A stretch of 64,000 bases of DNA from Bacteroidota bacterium (GTDB taxonomy: Bacteria; Bacteroidota; Bacteroidia; Chitinophagales; Chitinophagaceae). Location of the stretch: the NCBI GenBank assembly GCA_023424015.1, contig JAFAEM010000011.1, positions 1,140 to 65,139 of the forward strand, given 5' to 3'. A program made the translations under genes and the position numbers. Under the pieces are notes generated by a model. It had not been told where the DNA came from, ran no database searches, and saw only the letters and a program-made list of their open reading frames with translations. This document shows, piece after piece, positions 48,601 through 57,238 of this stretch; within the stretch, counting starts at the first letter, position 1; each line of letters begins with the position of its first letter.

Positions 48601-50205
48601 TGCTTTCCGAAGGCCATGTCCTTCACCAAATTTTTCATAAACAAATCGTTTTACGTCCAGTTGCCCGTTTGCATCGAGGGCAGGTTTGATCAGGTAAACG
48701 GAGCCGTTTTGCGTACCTGCCCAGAATGAACCATCTTTATTTTCTGCAAATGTCCAGAATTGATCATCGAGATTTGGTACAAAGCCTTCGAACCGCCAGG
48801 TATTGGCTTTTTTATCACGCAGGAATACAGCTACGCCGAAAGTGGCGCCGCCTAGTAACATGTTGGGGTTGTATTTGGATAAATAGAGTCCCGTCAGCTG
48901 CATATCCCCGCCAATGGAGGGTCGTAACAGCGATACTTTATCATCCCTGATTGCGAAGAGGCCATCATTTGGTACCAGCAAAGTGTTACCATCTTTCAAT
49001 AAAGCGAAAGTCTGGTTACGGGGCACCTGCCCGATCTCTTCAAACCGCCCGGTTTTGGAGTTCAAACGCAACAGCCCATTGGTTGTACCAAGGTATAATT
49101 GTCCATTAAATCTTTCAATACTAAGTGTGGTAGTATTAATACCCGACTGTGCGGTGAATTGGGTAATGGGCGAATTTGTCTCAACACGTGATATCCCGTT
49201 GTCCAGGCCCAACCAAAGGATACCCCGGCTATCGATGTAAACCGAATACACGGATTCGTCCTGTAATCCCACATCCCTGTTGATCAGCTGTACTATTTTG
49301 CCTCCCGCATCGATCGTAACCAGGCCTTTACCCGTTGTGGAAAGAATGTAATTGCCATCGGCTGTCATCTCTCCTTTATACAGCGTTGATGATTTTAAAA
49401 AAGGGTTAGCCTCGGTTTTAAATGGTTTGAAATTTTTTCCATCATATATGAAAAGACCGCTGTAAAACAAACCGACCAGGTATTGCTTTGGCTCTGAGGC
49501 TGTACGAGTTCCGGAAGGGTCACGATAGGGAAGCATTACCTGCATCCGTTCCTGCCCAGTAAACCCGCTTCCCGGAACCAGCTGTAAAGAATCATTCACC
49601 AGGTGAAGCAGGCCGATCCCCTGCTGATGCACGAAATATTCATTGTCCAGGTTAAACGCAAACATAAACTTGGTAACGGGAATCCAAACCCTGACCAGTT
49701 TTTTATCTACTATCCGGAAAACGTATTCTCTGGACTGAACTAATATTTCCGGACCATTGGTGTAGATCGTCCAGACATCATAAAAATTGCGGAATTGCGC
49801 TGGTATAAGGTCTTTGAACGAAATGGCTACGGTCTGGCCCACGCTATCCATCGACAAATAGCCAAAATCGCCAACTCCTCCATAATAGATGGTCCCGTCC
49901 TCGCCGCGGGCCATCGCTCTTACGATTGCGGGCACTTCTTTAAAAATTACCTTTCTCCATTTGACCCCATCGTATTCGAGTATCCCATTTTGGATGCCGA
50001 AATATAAAAATCCACGGTTGTCTTCAATGATAGAAAAGGTCTGTGGCGGGGCTTTATAAGTCTTGGCCGAATAATTTGTAATAAATGGCAATCCTTTTTC
50101 GGTATCGTCCTGCGCGTTTAGGCTCAATACCGAACAAAGGGCAAGTATTCCGGCTAAACAAAAAGTTTTTTTTCTGTTTAAAGCAAACAGGTAGCTTTTT
50201 CTCAT
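42637..50205 (-). CDS. Giant hybrid sensor kinase: periplasmic beta-propeller + Y_Y_Y, TM, seven GAF domains, HisKA, HATPase, REC, pseudo-REC
   Basis: Propeller repeats (LWLGLDNGI), KEYTNLPAGKYAFHVRA, PPWYATWWAY, seven EL(A/S)V(I/V)N-initiated repeats, VSHELRTP, NLISNAVKF, GTGLGL and ILDVMMP. Confidence 0.93.
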   Translation of the reverse strand: MRKSYLFALNRKKTFCLAGILALCSVLSLNAQDDTEKGLPFITNYSAKTYKAPPQTFSIIEDNRGFLYFGIQNGILEYDGVKWRKVIFKEVPAIVRAMARGEDGTIYYGGVGDFGYLSMDSVGQTVAISFKDLIPAQFRNFYDVWTIYTNGPEILVQSREYVFRIVDKKLVRVWIPVTKFMFAFNLDNEYFVHQQGIGLLHLVNDSLQLVPGSGFTGQERMQVMLPYRDPSGTRTASEPKQYLVGLFYSGLFIYDGKNFKPFKTEANPFLKSSTLYKGEMTADGNYILSTTGKGLVTIDAGGKIVQLINRDVGLQDESVYSVYIDSRGILWLGLDNGISRVETNSPITQFTAQSGINTTTLSIERFNGQLYLGTTNGLLRLNSKTGRFEEIGQVPRNQTFALLKDGNTLLVPNDGLFAIRDDKVSLLRPSIGGDMQLTGLYLSKYNPNMLLGGATFGVAVFLRDKKANTWRFEGFVPNLDDQFWTFAENKDGSFWAGTQNGSVYLIKPALDANGQLDVKRFVYEKFGEGHGLRKAAGSVFQIKGENYFLGDSSLFRFDEQQKKFYADTSFGNFEYAGGIAEFDVHEDPKGRLWMRFGKETIIATPQADGKYKIDKTSLLPVAEKTFSKIFSEENGITWICTTDGLIRYDENLHKDYDQNFTTHIRSVNAGKRLLSTATAGSGENAPSVSYRSNTMRFEYAAPFFEQEDKTLYQTWLEGFEPDWSGFDNNYYKEYTNLPAGKYAFHVRAKNVYHKTSDESVYYFSILPPWYATWWAYALYALAALAVIGLIVRYRTRQLKAKHKELEQIVASRTAELSHRIEELAVINSVQEGLVKEIGIQDIYDLVGEKIRLIFNAQVIDIVTYDPKTNLMEDRYAYEKGDRTLLGPREPQGFRKNVIESRQVQVINENIQERMKEYGNLVLMGEQSKSVLFVPLITAGEVRGIISLQDLDKEHAFSESDVSLLSTLANSMSVALESARRFDVTNRLLKETEQRNAELAVINSVQDGLVREMDIQGIYYLVGEKIREIFDAQVIDIVTYDKKTNLIEDKYAYEKGDRTLLGPREPKGFRKHIIETGEQLVINENAIEVGKQYDNVVIVGEQPKSLVLVPMITGGQVTGIISLQNVDHEQAFSDSNVRLINTLANSMSIALESARLFDETKRLLKETEQRNAELAVINSVQDGLVREMDIQGIYYLVGEKIREIFDAQVIDIVTYDRKSNLIEDKYSYEKGDRTLLGPREPKGFRKHIIETGDQLVINENASEVGKQYDNVVVVGEEAKSFVMVPMITGGNVTGIISLQNVDHENAFSDSNVRLINTLANSMSIALESARLFDETKRLLKETEQRNAELAVINSVQDGLVREMDIQGIYELVGEKIREIFNAQVIDIVTYDRQSNLIEDRYAFEKGDRTLLGPREPKGFRKHVIETGDMLLHNENIEEECKNFNNELLIGEFPKSQIFYPLLAGGKVNGIISLQNLDHEHAFTDSDVSLLTTLANSMSVALESARLFDETNRLLKETEQRNAELAVINSVQESLVAQMDMQGIYDLVGDKMREIFNAQVVDIVTYDKKNNLIEDKYSYEKGDRTLLGPRSPKGFREHVIRSGQLLVINRDVEKFRSQYDNTVIVGEAAKSLVLVPLVAGGEVTGVISLQNIDQEDAFSESDISLLVTLVNSMSVALKSARLFDETKMLLKETEQRKAELAVINNVQEGLVKEFKSSAIYELVGEKLCELFDTQTVLIRTFEHETGKEVWRYVIEKGKRQFIEPRPLNWANKRLIETQKPLMINENYLETAKKYGGTGVTIGQPPKSAVFVPMIVGGVVRGSVSLQNLDKEHAFTEAELGMLTALTSSMAVALENTRLFDETTRLLDETKQRATELSTVNNISQTLASQLNPEELIKLVGDKLRDQFKANIVYLALLNPVSKIIYFPYQYGDELMPMRLGEGLTSQIILTGKALLVNKDVDEMTTRLGVQRLGIPAASYLGVPIPVGDEIIGVLSVQSTESENRFDENDERLLSTIAASVGVALRKAQLFEEVTMAKQQAEEASQAAEKANQAKSAFLSTVSHELRTPLTSVLGFAKIIRKRLEEKIFPATNRSDTKIDKTIQQVSDNLAVVVSEGERLTNLINEVLDLAKIEAGKMEWNMETVSIQEVAERALAATTSLFEQKNLQLKTSIPDDLPLVHGDRDKLIQVMVNLISNAVKFTPSGVITCSITTKKGEIITGITDTGIGIAPADHAAVFEQFKQVVGDTLTDKPKGTGLGLPICKEIIEHHQGRIWLKSELGKGSTFYFALPIPKQASSTQPIHLDDLVKQLKEQMAQSKFKLNGNHATILVVDDDDSIRSLLQQELGDAGYLIEEASNGKEALARIRQHRPDLVILDVMMPEMNGFDVAAILKNDPNTMDIPIIVLSIVQDKARGYRIGVDRYLTKPIDTAELFAEVGNLIEQGKSKKKVMVVDEDTTAVRSLTDVLQAKGYQVVESDGKELVAKAIKTQPDIIILNSIHSDKQEIVKSLRFEKGLENVLFLIYQ
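44080..47750 (-). repeat. Intragenic tandem array of seven GAF-coding units
   Basis: Equivalent positions at 47721, 47196, 46671, 46146, 45621 and 45096 (exact 525-bp period) and 44568 (528 bp). Outer boundaries are approximate. Confidence 0.9.
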
Positions 50206-50447
50206 GGTGGTATTGCAGGCTTAATATGCTAGTCTCGTTCAGGTAGGATGGCCTTCAAAAAAATGCGGATTGACCTGGAATCTAAAGGTGCAGATGTTGT
50301 TTAAATATAACACATTATTAAAGAAACCGGGAGTTTTTTTACCGCCACACGATTCAACCTGTTTTAAGGGACTATATCTATGATCCCCATTCATTGATTG
50401 TTGCTATAAAGAGCATAAATTGCAATCTTCGAACAACCACCGTCCGG

Positions 50448-52610
50448 ATGAGAGAACTGTTTTTAATCCTTTGCCTGACCGCAATAGTATGCTCCGCCAA
50501 TGCCCAACCGCTCCGGGATGCGGATTCTACAAAGGTGATCCGTGTGGTGGATGAAATGCTCGCTGTGCGAAACAGGGACTTAGAAAAACGAGACAGTCTT
50601 CTTTCCGTATCGATACAAGTATCATCACAAATTGGACGCAAGGACTACCTGCTTAAACTTTACAATCTCTGGTCAGTTCTGAAACTGCAGCAAAATGAAT
50701 ATCGCCTTGCGACGGACCTTTCCTTAACATCTGTCAACCTTGTGGCAGGAACGCCGCTCGAGAAGTCTGTTTTTTTCCGTGATGCGGTCACTCAGCTCGC
50801 TTTATCTTATACATACCTGGGTAAAAATGACAGCTGTATTTATTGGGCTGAATATGGCAGGGGACTTTGCCGCCAACAGAAAGACAATTTTAATCATAGT
50901 GTTTTGCTTACGCTTGAAGCGATCAGCAGGATGAATGACTGGCCGGAAAACCGGGTTGAAAAATTATTCGACACTGCTATCAGCCTGGCCCGAACAACAC
51001 CCAGCCCACATGATGATATGATGGCCGGGTATAATAAAGCTGGTTTTTTAAAAGCTGCGGGCAAAAAGGATTGGGTGCGATCCATTGAAACACTTACATC
51101 GCTACAGGAGATCATCGATCACCCGGAATTTTCGTCGGTAAAGGATAAACCTTACGAGCGGGTACCTTTTTGGTTTCGGGGTGCACGGCCTTCACTTTAT
51201 CGCGAGCTCAGCCAGGTTTATTTCCAGCTGTCCAATCTGGGTGATGCCTGTTATTACCAGGAGGAAATTGTAAAAGATTACAAAAACACCGATAATTATG
51301 CTTACCTGCCCTATGTCTGGAGCGACCTGGCAGAATATGAGACATTCCGCAACAACAAACAGAAAGTAAAGCATATTTATGACAGCAGCAGCCTGTTGAT
51401 CCGGCAATACCATAAGAAAGAAGAAATTCCTATCCCTTCCTTTTATTATGCTGGTGGCTGGTTGGCTGAACAGGAAGGGGATCTCAAGGCCGCAATACAA
51501 CAATATAGTAAAGCGATAGCGGCGGCCGCGCCGGGCTTTCATCTCTCCAGCCTCGCCTTGTTTCGTACACAGGTAAAGATGGGCGATATCGAGGGGGCAA
51601 ACCAGTCTTACACAAGCATACGCAAACAATTATGGAGCAATCCCATATTTTTTTACCAGGTTCTTTTTGAAAAAGAGCTTGCCGAATACTACCAGGCCAG
51701 GGGCGATGAGAGAATGGCCATGCAATCGCGGCTTCAGTATTACCAGTTAAAAGATTCGATGACCACAGCCGCCCGTTTTTATATGATCAATGAGGCGGAG
51801 ACCCGATTCAAGACCAGGGAAAAAGAAAAAGAGCTTGCGTTGATGAATAAGGAAAAACTGGTACGGGAAAAAGCATTGCAGCAAAAAACATGGCAGGTGA
51901 TCTTTTTGGTCGGTGGTCTGATCCTGTTGTTGGGCTCGCTGCTCCTGCTTTTCAGGTTTTACAGGAATAAAAGGCTACAGGCCATTATACTCAAACAGAA
52001 AAATCTACAGATCGAAACACTGATACGCGAATTGCATCACCGGGTAAAAAATAATCTCCAGGTGGTATCGAGCCTGATGAGTTTGCAATCGAATCGCATC
52101 GAGGATGATAATGCAAGGCAGGCGCTTGAAGAGGGGAAGACAAGGGTAGATGCCATGGCAATGATCCACCAGCGCTTATATATGGACAATGATTTGGCTG
52201 CCGTGGATATATCAGATTACCTTCACAATCTTACGATCTCCCTGGCAAACAGTTTCGGCTACAGTGCGGAGAACTTAAGAACAATGGTTGAGTTGCCGAA
52301 AAAATCCATGGATATTGACCAGGCCATCCCCGTAGGTCTTATTGTAAATGAGTTGGTGACTAATGCTTTTAAACATGCATTCGATGGTATCCGGCAGCCA
52401 TTGATCAGCGTTTCGCTCCGCGAGATCGATGAAAAAACTACCGAATTAAAAGTAAGTGATAATGGTTCAGGTATGACCGATCCCGCGGGACTTAAGAAAT
52501 CGGGCTCTTTTGGTATGAAACTGGTGTATACCCTGGTGAAGCAGTTGAATGGGGAACTGAATGTAGTACAGGATAAAGGAACAATATTTAAAATTAAGAT
52601 CAGGGCATGA
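50448..52610 (+). CDS. Membrane sensor histidine kinase, HisKA_2/HWE-like, with helical (TPR-like) periplasmic domain
   Basis: ELHHRVKNNLQ H-box, NELVTNAFKHAF, DNGSG and SFGMKLV motifs. Signal peptide from ATG 50448. Confidence 0.9.
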   Translation: MRELFLILCLTAIVCSANAQPLRDADSTKVIRVVDEMLAVRNRDLEKRDSLLSVSIQVSSQIGRKDYLLKLYNLWSVLKLQQNEYRLATDLSLTSVNLVAGTPLEKSVFFRDAVTQLALSYTYLGKNDSCIYWAEYGRGLCRQQKDNFNHSVLLTLEAISRMNDWPENRVEKLFDTAISLARTTPSPHDDMMAGYNKAGFLKAAGKKDWVRSIETLTSLQEIIDHPEFSSVKDKPYERVPFWFRGARPSLYRELSQVYFQLSNLGDACYYQEEIVKDYKNTDNYAYLPYVWSDLAEYETFRNNKQKVKHIYDSSSLLIRQYHKKEEIPIPSFYYAGGWLAEQEGDLKAAIQQYSKAIAAAAPGFHLSSLALFRTQVKMGDIEGANQSYTSIRKQLWSNPIFFYQVLFEKELAEYYQARGDERMAMQSRLQYYQLKDSMTTAARFYMINEAETRFKTREKEKELALMNKEKLVREKALQQKTWQVIFLVGGLILLLGSLLLLFRFYRNKRLQAIILKQKNLQIETLIRELHHRVKNNLQVVSSLMSLQSNRIEDDNARQALEEGKTRVDAMAMIHQRLYMDNDLAAVDISDYLHNLTISLANSFGYSAENLRTMVELPKKSMDIDQAIPVGLIVNELVTNAFKHAFDGIRQPLISVSLREIDEKTTELKVSDNGSGMTDPAGLKKSGSFGMKLVYTLVKQLNGELNVVQDKGTIFKIKIRA

Positions 52611-53212
52611 TCATGGCAAACGACAAAGATTTAGTGTTGGTGGTGGAGGATGAATTAATAACGGCGGAAAGCATACGTGAACTGCTTGAAGAAGAAGATT
52701 ATATCGTGATCGGGATTGCCAAAGATGCAGATTCGGCCTTGCGATTGAGTCGCGACGCTGAACAACCGCCGGGAGTCGTTGTTTGCGATATAAATATTAA
52801 AGGGGAAGTAAAAGGGGTGGAACTCGCCGGCAGGTTGAGAAAACAATATGGTTGCGAGATCATCTTTCTTACTGCTTACACCGACACCCAGACGCTTGAA
52901 TCAGCTTTTGAAACAGAGCCGGTCATGTATGTGGTAAAACCTTATAACGATACGCAGTTGCGGGTGGCGGTTCAAATGGCTTTTCATAAAATTTTAAAGA
53001 AAGAAAAAGCAGGCACTCATAAAATACTAGACCTGACGGAAAGAGAAAGAGAGATCGCTGGGCTGGTTGCACAGGGTGATTCTTCAAAACAAATAGCACG
53101 TAAATTGTCGATTAGCGTGGAGACTGTAAAAACACATCGCCGTCGTATGCTGTCCAAGAATAATATCAGCAGCTTTCCACACCTGGTTTTCCTGATGAAA
53201 AACGGGTTGTAG
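52607..53212 (+). CDS. Response regulator with LuxR-type HTH
   Basis: VEDE, CDINI, FLTAY and KPY in the REC domain. LTEREREIAGLVAQG...SVETVKTHRR HTH. Overlaps the kinase stop (ATGA). Confidence 0.92.
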   Translation: MIMANDKDLVLVVEDELITAESIRELLEEEDYIVIGIAKDADSALRLSRDAEQPPGVVVCDINIKGEVKGVELAGRLRKQYGCEIIFLTAYTDTQTLESAFETEPVMYVVKPYNDTQLRVAVQMAFHKILKKEKAGTHKILDLTEREREIAGLVAQGDSSKQIARKLSISVETVKTHRRRMLSKNNISSFPHLVFLMKNGL

Positions 53213-53303
53213 TTTCAATCTGATACTGAATATTGTAGTTGTAAATTTCCACTGGTTTTGGATTATTGCGTAAGTTTAGATCCTGAAAAAAAGATCCTGT
53301 TTT

Positions 53304-54878
53304 ATGAGAAAAATTGGACTAGCTACCACGATGTTTTTTGCTTTTTTCTGGCTTACCCTTACTACACTGGCGCAGCAGCCTGTTTTGTTTGACCCTTCTT
53401 ACAAGCCGGCTGTTTATTCTGACCCTGACCGTTTGGAAAAAATAAAGAAGGCATTTCCGGTTATCGACAACCTGTTTAGAAAAACAGCGACAGATAATCA
53501 TTTTCCCGGTCTTGCCTGGGGTATTGTAGTGGATGGGAAACTAGTGCATACCGGCAATTATGGCTTTACCGATATTGAGAAAAAAGTACCAGTTACTTCC
53601 TCATCTCTGTTTAGGATTGCTTCCATGAGCAAGAGCTTTACTGCGATGGCAATCTTAAAACTTCGTGATGACGGGAAGCTGGATCTCGACGATCCCGCAT
53701 ATAAGTTTATTCCTGAGTTAAAGAATTTAAAGTATCCCACATCCGACTCCCCACCCATTACCGTACGACACCTGCTTACACATGGCGGGGGATTTCCGGA
53801 AGACAATCCCTGGGGCGACCGGCAGCTTGCCGATACCGACAAGGAGTTGATGGAGTTTATCGGCAAGCAGATCATCTTTTCGAATCCACCCGGCATCGAG
53901 TATGAGTATAGTAACCTGGGGTTTGCCTTGTTGGGAAAAATTATTACAAATGCTTCAGGTCAACGCTACCAGGATTATATAAGAAATAATATCTGGAAAC
54001 CGCTTGGCATGCATACAACCGAATGGGAGTATGCCAATATCGCTCCCGAAAAACTGGCACACGGCTATCGCTGGCTCAATGAAAAATGGAATGAAGAAGC
54101 ACTCTTGCACGATACGCCTGACGGATCCTGGGGTGCAATGGGTAGTATGATCAGTTCAGTGGAAGAGTTTTCCAGTTATATGGCTTTTCACCTTTCGGCC
54201 TGGCCGCCGAATAATGCGAAGGAAACAGGCCCTGTCAAAAGAAGTTCGGTGCGTGAGATGCACCATCCCTGGCGATTAAATGGATTTAATCCCATGTATA
54301 AATTCCCTGATGGAAGAATCTGCGCGATGGTATCGGCGTATGCCTATGGTTTAGGTTGGACGATTGACTGCGAAGGCCGTAAATATATTGCTCACAGTGG
54401 TGGACTTCCCGGATTTGGTAGCCAGTGGCGCATCATGCCGGATTATGGCATCGGTGTGGTGGCTTTTGCCAACCGCACTTATGCAGGGGTGGGTGGTGTG
54501 AACCTGCAGGTACTAGATACTATGGTGAAGATCGCCGGGCTTAAGCCGGCAGAGTTGCCCGCATCAGTGATACTTGAGAAAAGAAAAAATGAGTTGGTTA
54601 AGTTGCTACCTGGCTGGACAAATGCCGAGAAGAGCGGAATATTTGCCGAAAACTTTTTCCCCGATAACCCGATCGACAGCCTGCGCAAACAGGCTAAGGA
54701 GATTTTTGAAAAAGCAGGGAAGATCATTGCGGTAAAAGAGTTGGTTCCATTTAACCAGTTGCGGGGAAGATTTATTATCGAGGCAGAGAAAGAGGATATC
54801 GAGGTGTTCTTTACTTTGTCACCCGAAAATCCTCCGCTGATACAGGAGTATAGAATTAGAAGTATTGGGAAGAAATAG
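53304..54878 (+). CDS. Serine hydrolase (beta-lactamase-like family)
   Basis: ASMSK, LLTHGGG, YSN and HSGG motifs. Signal peptide present. Confidence 0.9.
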   Translation: MRKIGLATTMFFAFFWLTLTTLAQQPVLFDPSYKPAVYSDPDRLEKIKKAFPVIDNLFRKTATDNHFPGLAWGIVVDGKLVHTGNYGFTDIEKKVPVTSSSLFRIASMSKSFTAMAILKLRDDGKLDLDDPAYKFIPELKNLKYPTSDSPPITVRHLLTHGGGFPEDNPWGDRQLADTDKELMEFIGKQIIFSNPPGIEYEYSNLGFALLGKIITNASGQRYQDYIRNNIWKPLGMHTTEWEYANIAPEKLAHGYRWLNEKWNEEALLHDTPDGSWGAMGSMISSVEEFSSYMAFHLSAWPPNNAKETGPVKRSSVREMHHPWRLNGFNPMYKFPDGRICAMVSAYAYGLGWTIDCEGRKYIAHSGGLPGFGSQWRIMPDYGIGVVAFANRTYAGVGGVNLQVLDTMVKIAGLKPAELPASVILEKRKNELVKLLPGWTNAEKSGIFAENFFPDNPIDSLRKQAKEIFEKAGKIIAVKELVPFNQLRGRFIIEAEKEDIEVFFTLSPENPPLIQEYRIRSIGKK

Positions 54879-55181
54879 GGTATTGTAGCGGCAATATTTT
54901 TCCAACCGGGTTTTAAAAGAAGAGTTAGGCCCCGGGTCTGGGTTTCTTGATGCACGACTTTTTGTTGGTGCAACGCCCGGGGTGACATCCAGGGTGGCGT
55001 CAGGCGTTACACAAAGTCTTTATTGTTGGTTTTTACGATTTGTTACTTCCATTTCACTTGCTGTGGAAGCGATCCCGCTATTGCCATACCAATCCTGAGA
55101 CTGTAACTTTCTTTAAAGGGTTTTTTGGAATTAATCGTAACTTTAAGAGAGTTCTTTTTTACCTCACTAAAACTATACAAT

Positions 55182-55625
55182 ATGGACCTCCTGCATCGCC
55201 TTGAATATTGGGGAGACAGGCATCACCCGCGTTGGATGGATATCGTACGTATAGCACTTGGCATTTTTTTAATCTACAAAGGCATTGACTTTCTCAGAAA
55301 CATGGGTGATCTCATAACCCTTATGTCTATCAAAACATCTTTCGGTGAATTCAGCTACATCCTAATTGGGCACCTGGTAGTGTTCGCTCATATCATGGGC
55401 GGGATATTTATTGCTCTCGGTGTGCTGACGCGTTTTGCATGCCTTATGCAAATACCTATCTTATTGGGTGCAGTATTCCTGATCAACCGGCCTGGAGGCA
55501 TGGCGGAGCCATATTCAGAGTTGTTGATCTCATTGGTAGTTTTGTTATTGCTGTTTTATTTCCTGATCGCGGGAAATGGTCCGCTGTCTGTGAAAATAAA
55601 TGAACCCGAAAAGGTCAGGCATTAA
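55182..55625 (+). CDS. DoxX family membrane protein
   Basis: DIVRIALGIFL, GVLTRFACLMQIPILLGAV and GNGPLSV motifs. ATG at 55182. Confidence 0.88.
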   Translation: MDLLHRLEYWGDRHHPRWMDIVRIALGIFLIYKGIDFLRNMGDLITLMSIKTSFGEFSYILIGHLVVFAHIMGGIFIALGVLTRFACLMQIPILLGAVFLINRPGGMAEPYSELLISLVVLLLLFYFLIAGNGPLSVKINEPEKVRH

Positions 55626-57211
55626 AAAGCTTTCTTTTCGCCGGTATATCCCGGGCCGTATAATGCTTTACCGGTCCGGGCTCCCGTGTGTTTTTCCCTG
55701 TCCACAGTAATCACGCCATTCACGATCACGTAATGAAAGCCCTTTGAATAGGCATGGGGCTTTTCAAATGTTGCCAGGTCTTTCACTTCTTTATCATCAA
55801 AGATCACGATATCGGCTGCATATCCTTCACGCAGCAAACCCCGGTCCTGCAACTGGAATTTCTGCGCCGGCAGTGATGTCATTCTTCGGATCGCTTCTTC
55901 GAGCGAGAGCACATTTTCTTCTCTCACGTATTTTCCAAGCACCCTTGCATTGGTGCCGTAGCCACGCGGATGCGGCATTCCGGAATTAAATACGCGGATA
56001 CTGGCATCGCTTGCAAACATGTTGAAGGGATATTGCATGATACGTTTTACATCCTCTTCGCCCATGCCATGAAATACCGCGCTGGCGCCACCCGCGATCA
56101 TGATATCGATCACTGTTTCCGCTTCGGCCTTCGCCTTATGCTTACGGCCTTTCATCAGGTTGATCTGCTCAATGCTTTTCCCATTATAAGTCGTATCGGG
56201 ACGATGATAAGCCACTACCGCATAACTAAAATGTTTTAGTTTTCTTTTCTTAAGTCTGCTCAGCATTTCTTTGATCACATATTTTTTTACATCGGGTCTT
56301 TGGAGCCTGGCTTTTATAGAATCCTGCCCGTCGGCCAGGATCTCATCGGGTATCAATGTGCTGATAGATGTGCTACTGGCCGTATAAGGATATTGATCGA
56401 TCGTGACATCAATGCCCTCCTCCCTTGCTTTTTTTACCATGCCCAGTGTCTCTTTACTTCTTCCCCAGTTTTGCTGGCCGCTGAGCTTGAAATGCGAGAT
56501 CTCTACCGGGATCTTTGCTTCACGACCGATGGTCAACGCTTCTTCAATCGCCTCGGCTACCTTATCACCTTCATTCCGCATATGGGAAACATAAACGCCA
56601 TTATATTTCGCCGCCTGTTTGGCTAACGCAATAATCTCCGGCGTTTTGGTATAAGTACCCGGGATATAGATCAACCCGGTCGACATACCCACCGCACCAT
56701 CTTTCATGGCCTTATCCACCAGAGCTTCCATCTTTTGCAGCTCATCGGCGGTAGCGTCGCGGTTGGCGCGACCCATTACTGCTTTGCGAATATCATTATG
56801 ACCGATCAGGCTGGCCACATTTATTGAAAGTTTGATAGAGTCAATCGTATTGAGGTATTTTCCAATATCGACATTCGATTGACCACAGTTGCCGGTAATA
56901 CAGGTGGTGACACCATCGTAGATAAAACTGTGAGCCATGGGATCACGGGCTTCATCATCTTCAATATGCGTATGTACATCTATGAATCCAGGCGACACGA
57001 TCATATTGGAAGCATCAATGGTTTTACCTGCGGAATAATTCAATTGCCGCCCGATAGCTACGATCCGGCCATTCTTTACAGCAAGATCACCATAAAACCA
57101 GTTGTTGCCCGTACCGTCTATGATCCTGCCATTACGGATCAGGAGGTCACAAGTAGGTTGTTGCGAAAAAACAGTAACAGGAATAAAAAGCAGCAGGAGT
57201 ATTTTTTTCAT
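55622..57211 (-). CDS. N-acyl-D-amino-acid deacylase (D-aminoacylase)
   Basis: PGFIDVHTH, GNCG, GMSTGLIYIPG, SHMRNE, SHFK, DQYPY and HPRGYG motifs. Confidence 0.92.
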   Translation of the reverse strand: MKKILLLLFIPVTVFSQQPTCDLLIRNGRIIDGTGNNWFYGDLAVKNGRIVAIGRQLNYSAGKTIDASNMIVSPGFIDVHTHIEDDEARDPMAHSFIYDGVTTCITGNCGQSNVDIGKYLNTIDSIKLSINVASLIGHNDIRKAVMGRANRDATADELQKMEALVDKAMKDGAVGMSTGLIYIPGTYTKTPEIIALAKQAAKYNGVYVSHMRNEGDKVAEAIEEALTIGREAKIPVEISHFKLSGQQNWGRSKETLGMVKKAREEGIDVTIDQYPYTASSTSISTLIPDEILADGQDSIKARLQRPDVKKYVIKEMLSRLKKRKLKHFSYAVVAYHRPDTTYNGKSIEQINLMKGRKHKAKAEAETVIDIMIAGGASAVFHGMGEEDVKRIMQYPFNMFASDASIRVFNSGMPHPRGYGTNARVLGKYVREENVLSLEEAIRRMTSLPAQKFQLQDRGLLREGYAADIVIFDDKEVKDLATFEKPHAYSKGFHYVIVNGVITVDREKHTGARTGKALYGPGYTGEKKAF

Positions 57212-57238
57212 TCCCGCAATTTAAGAAAAAGGGGAATT

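Noticed and set aside
42762..50007. Many plus-strand ORFs with mutually similar sequences opposite the giant kinase
   Set aside because: They are antisense shadows whose similarity simply mirrors the 525-bp GAF repeats.
54879..55181. GC-rich intergenic stretch as a riboswitch or sRNA
   Set aside because: Only short CCCGGG-type palindromes are present. No recognisable aptamer consensus or terminator.
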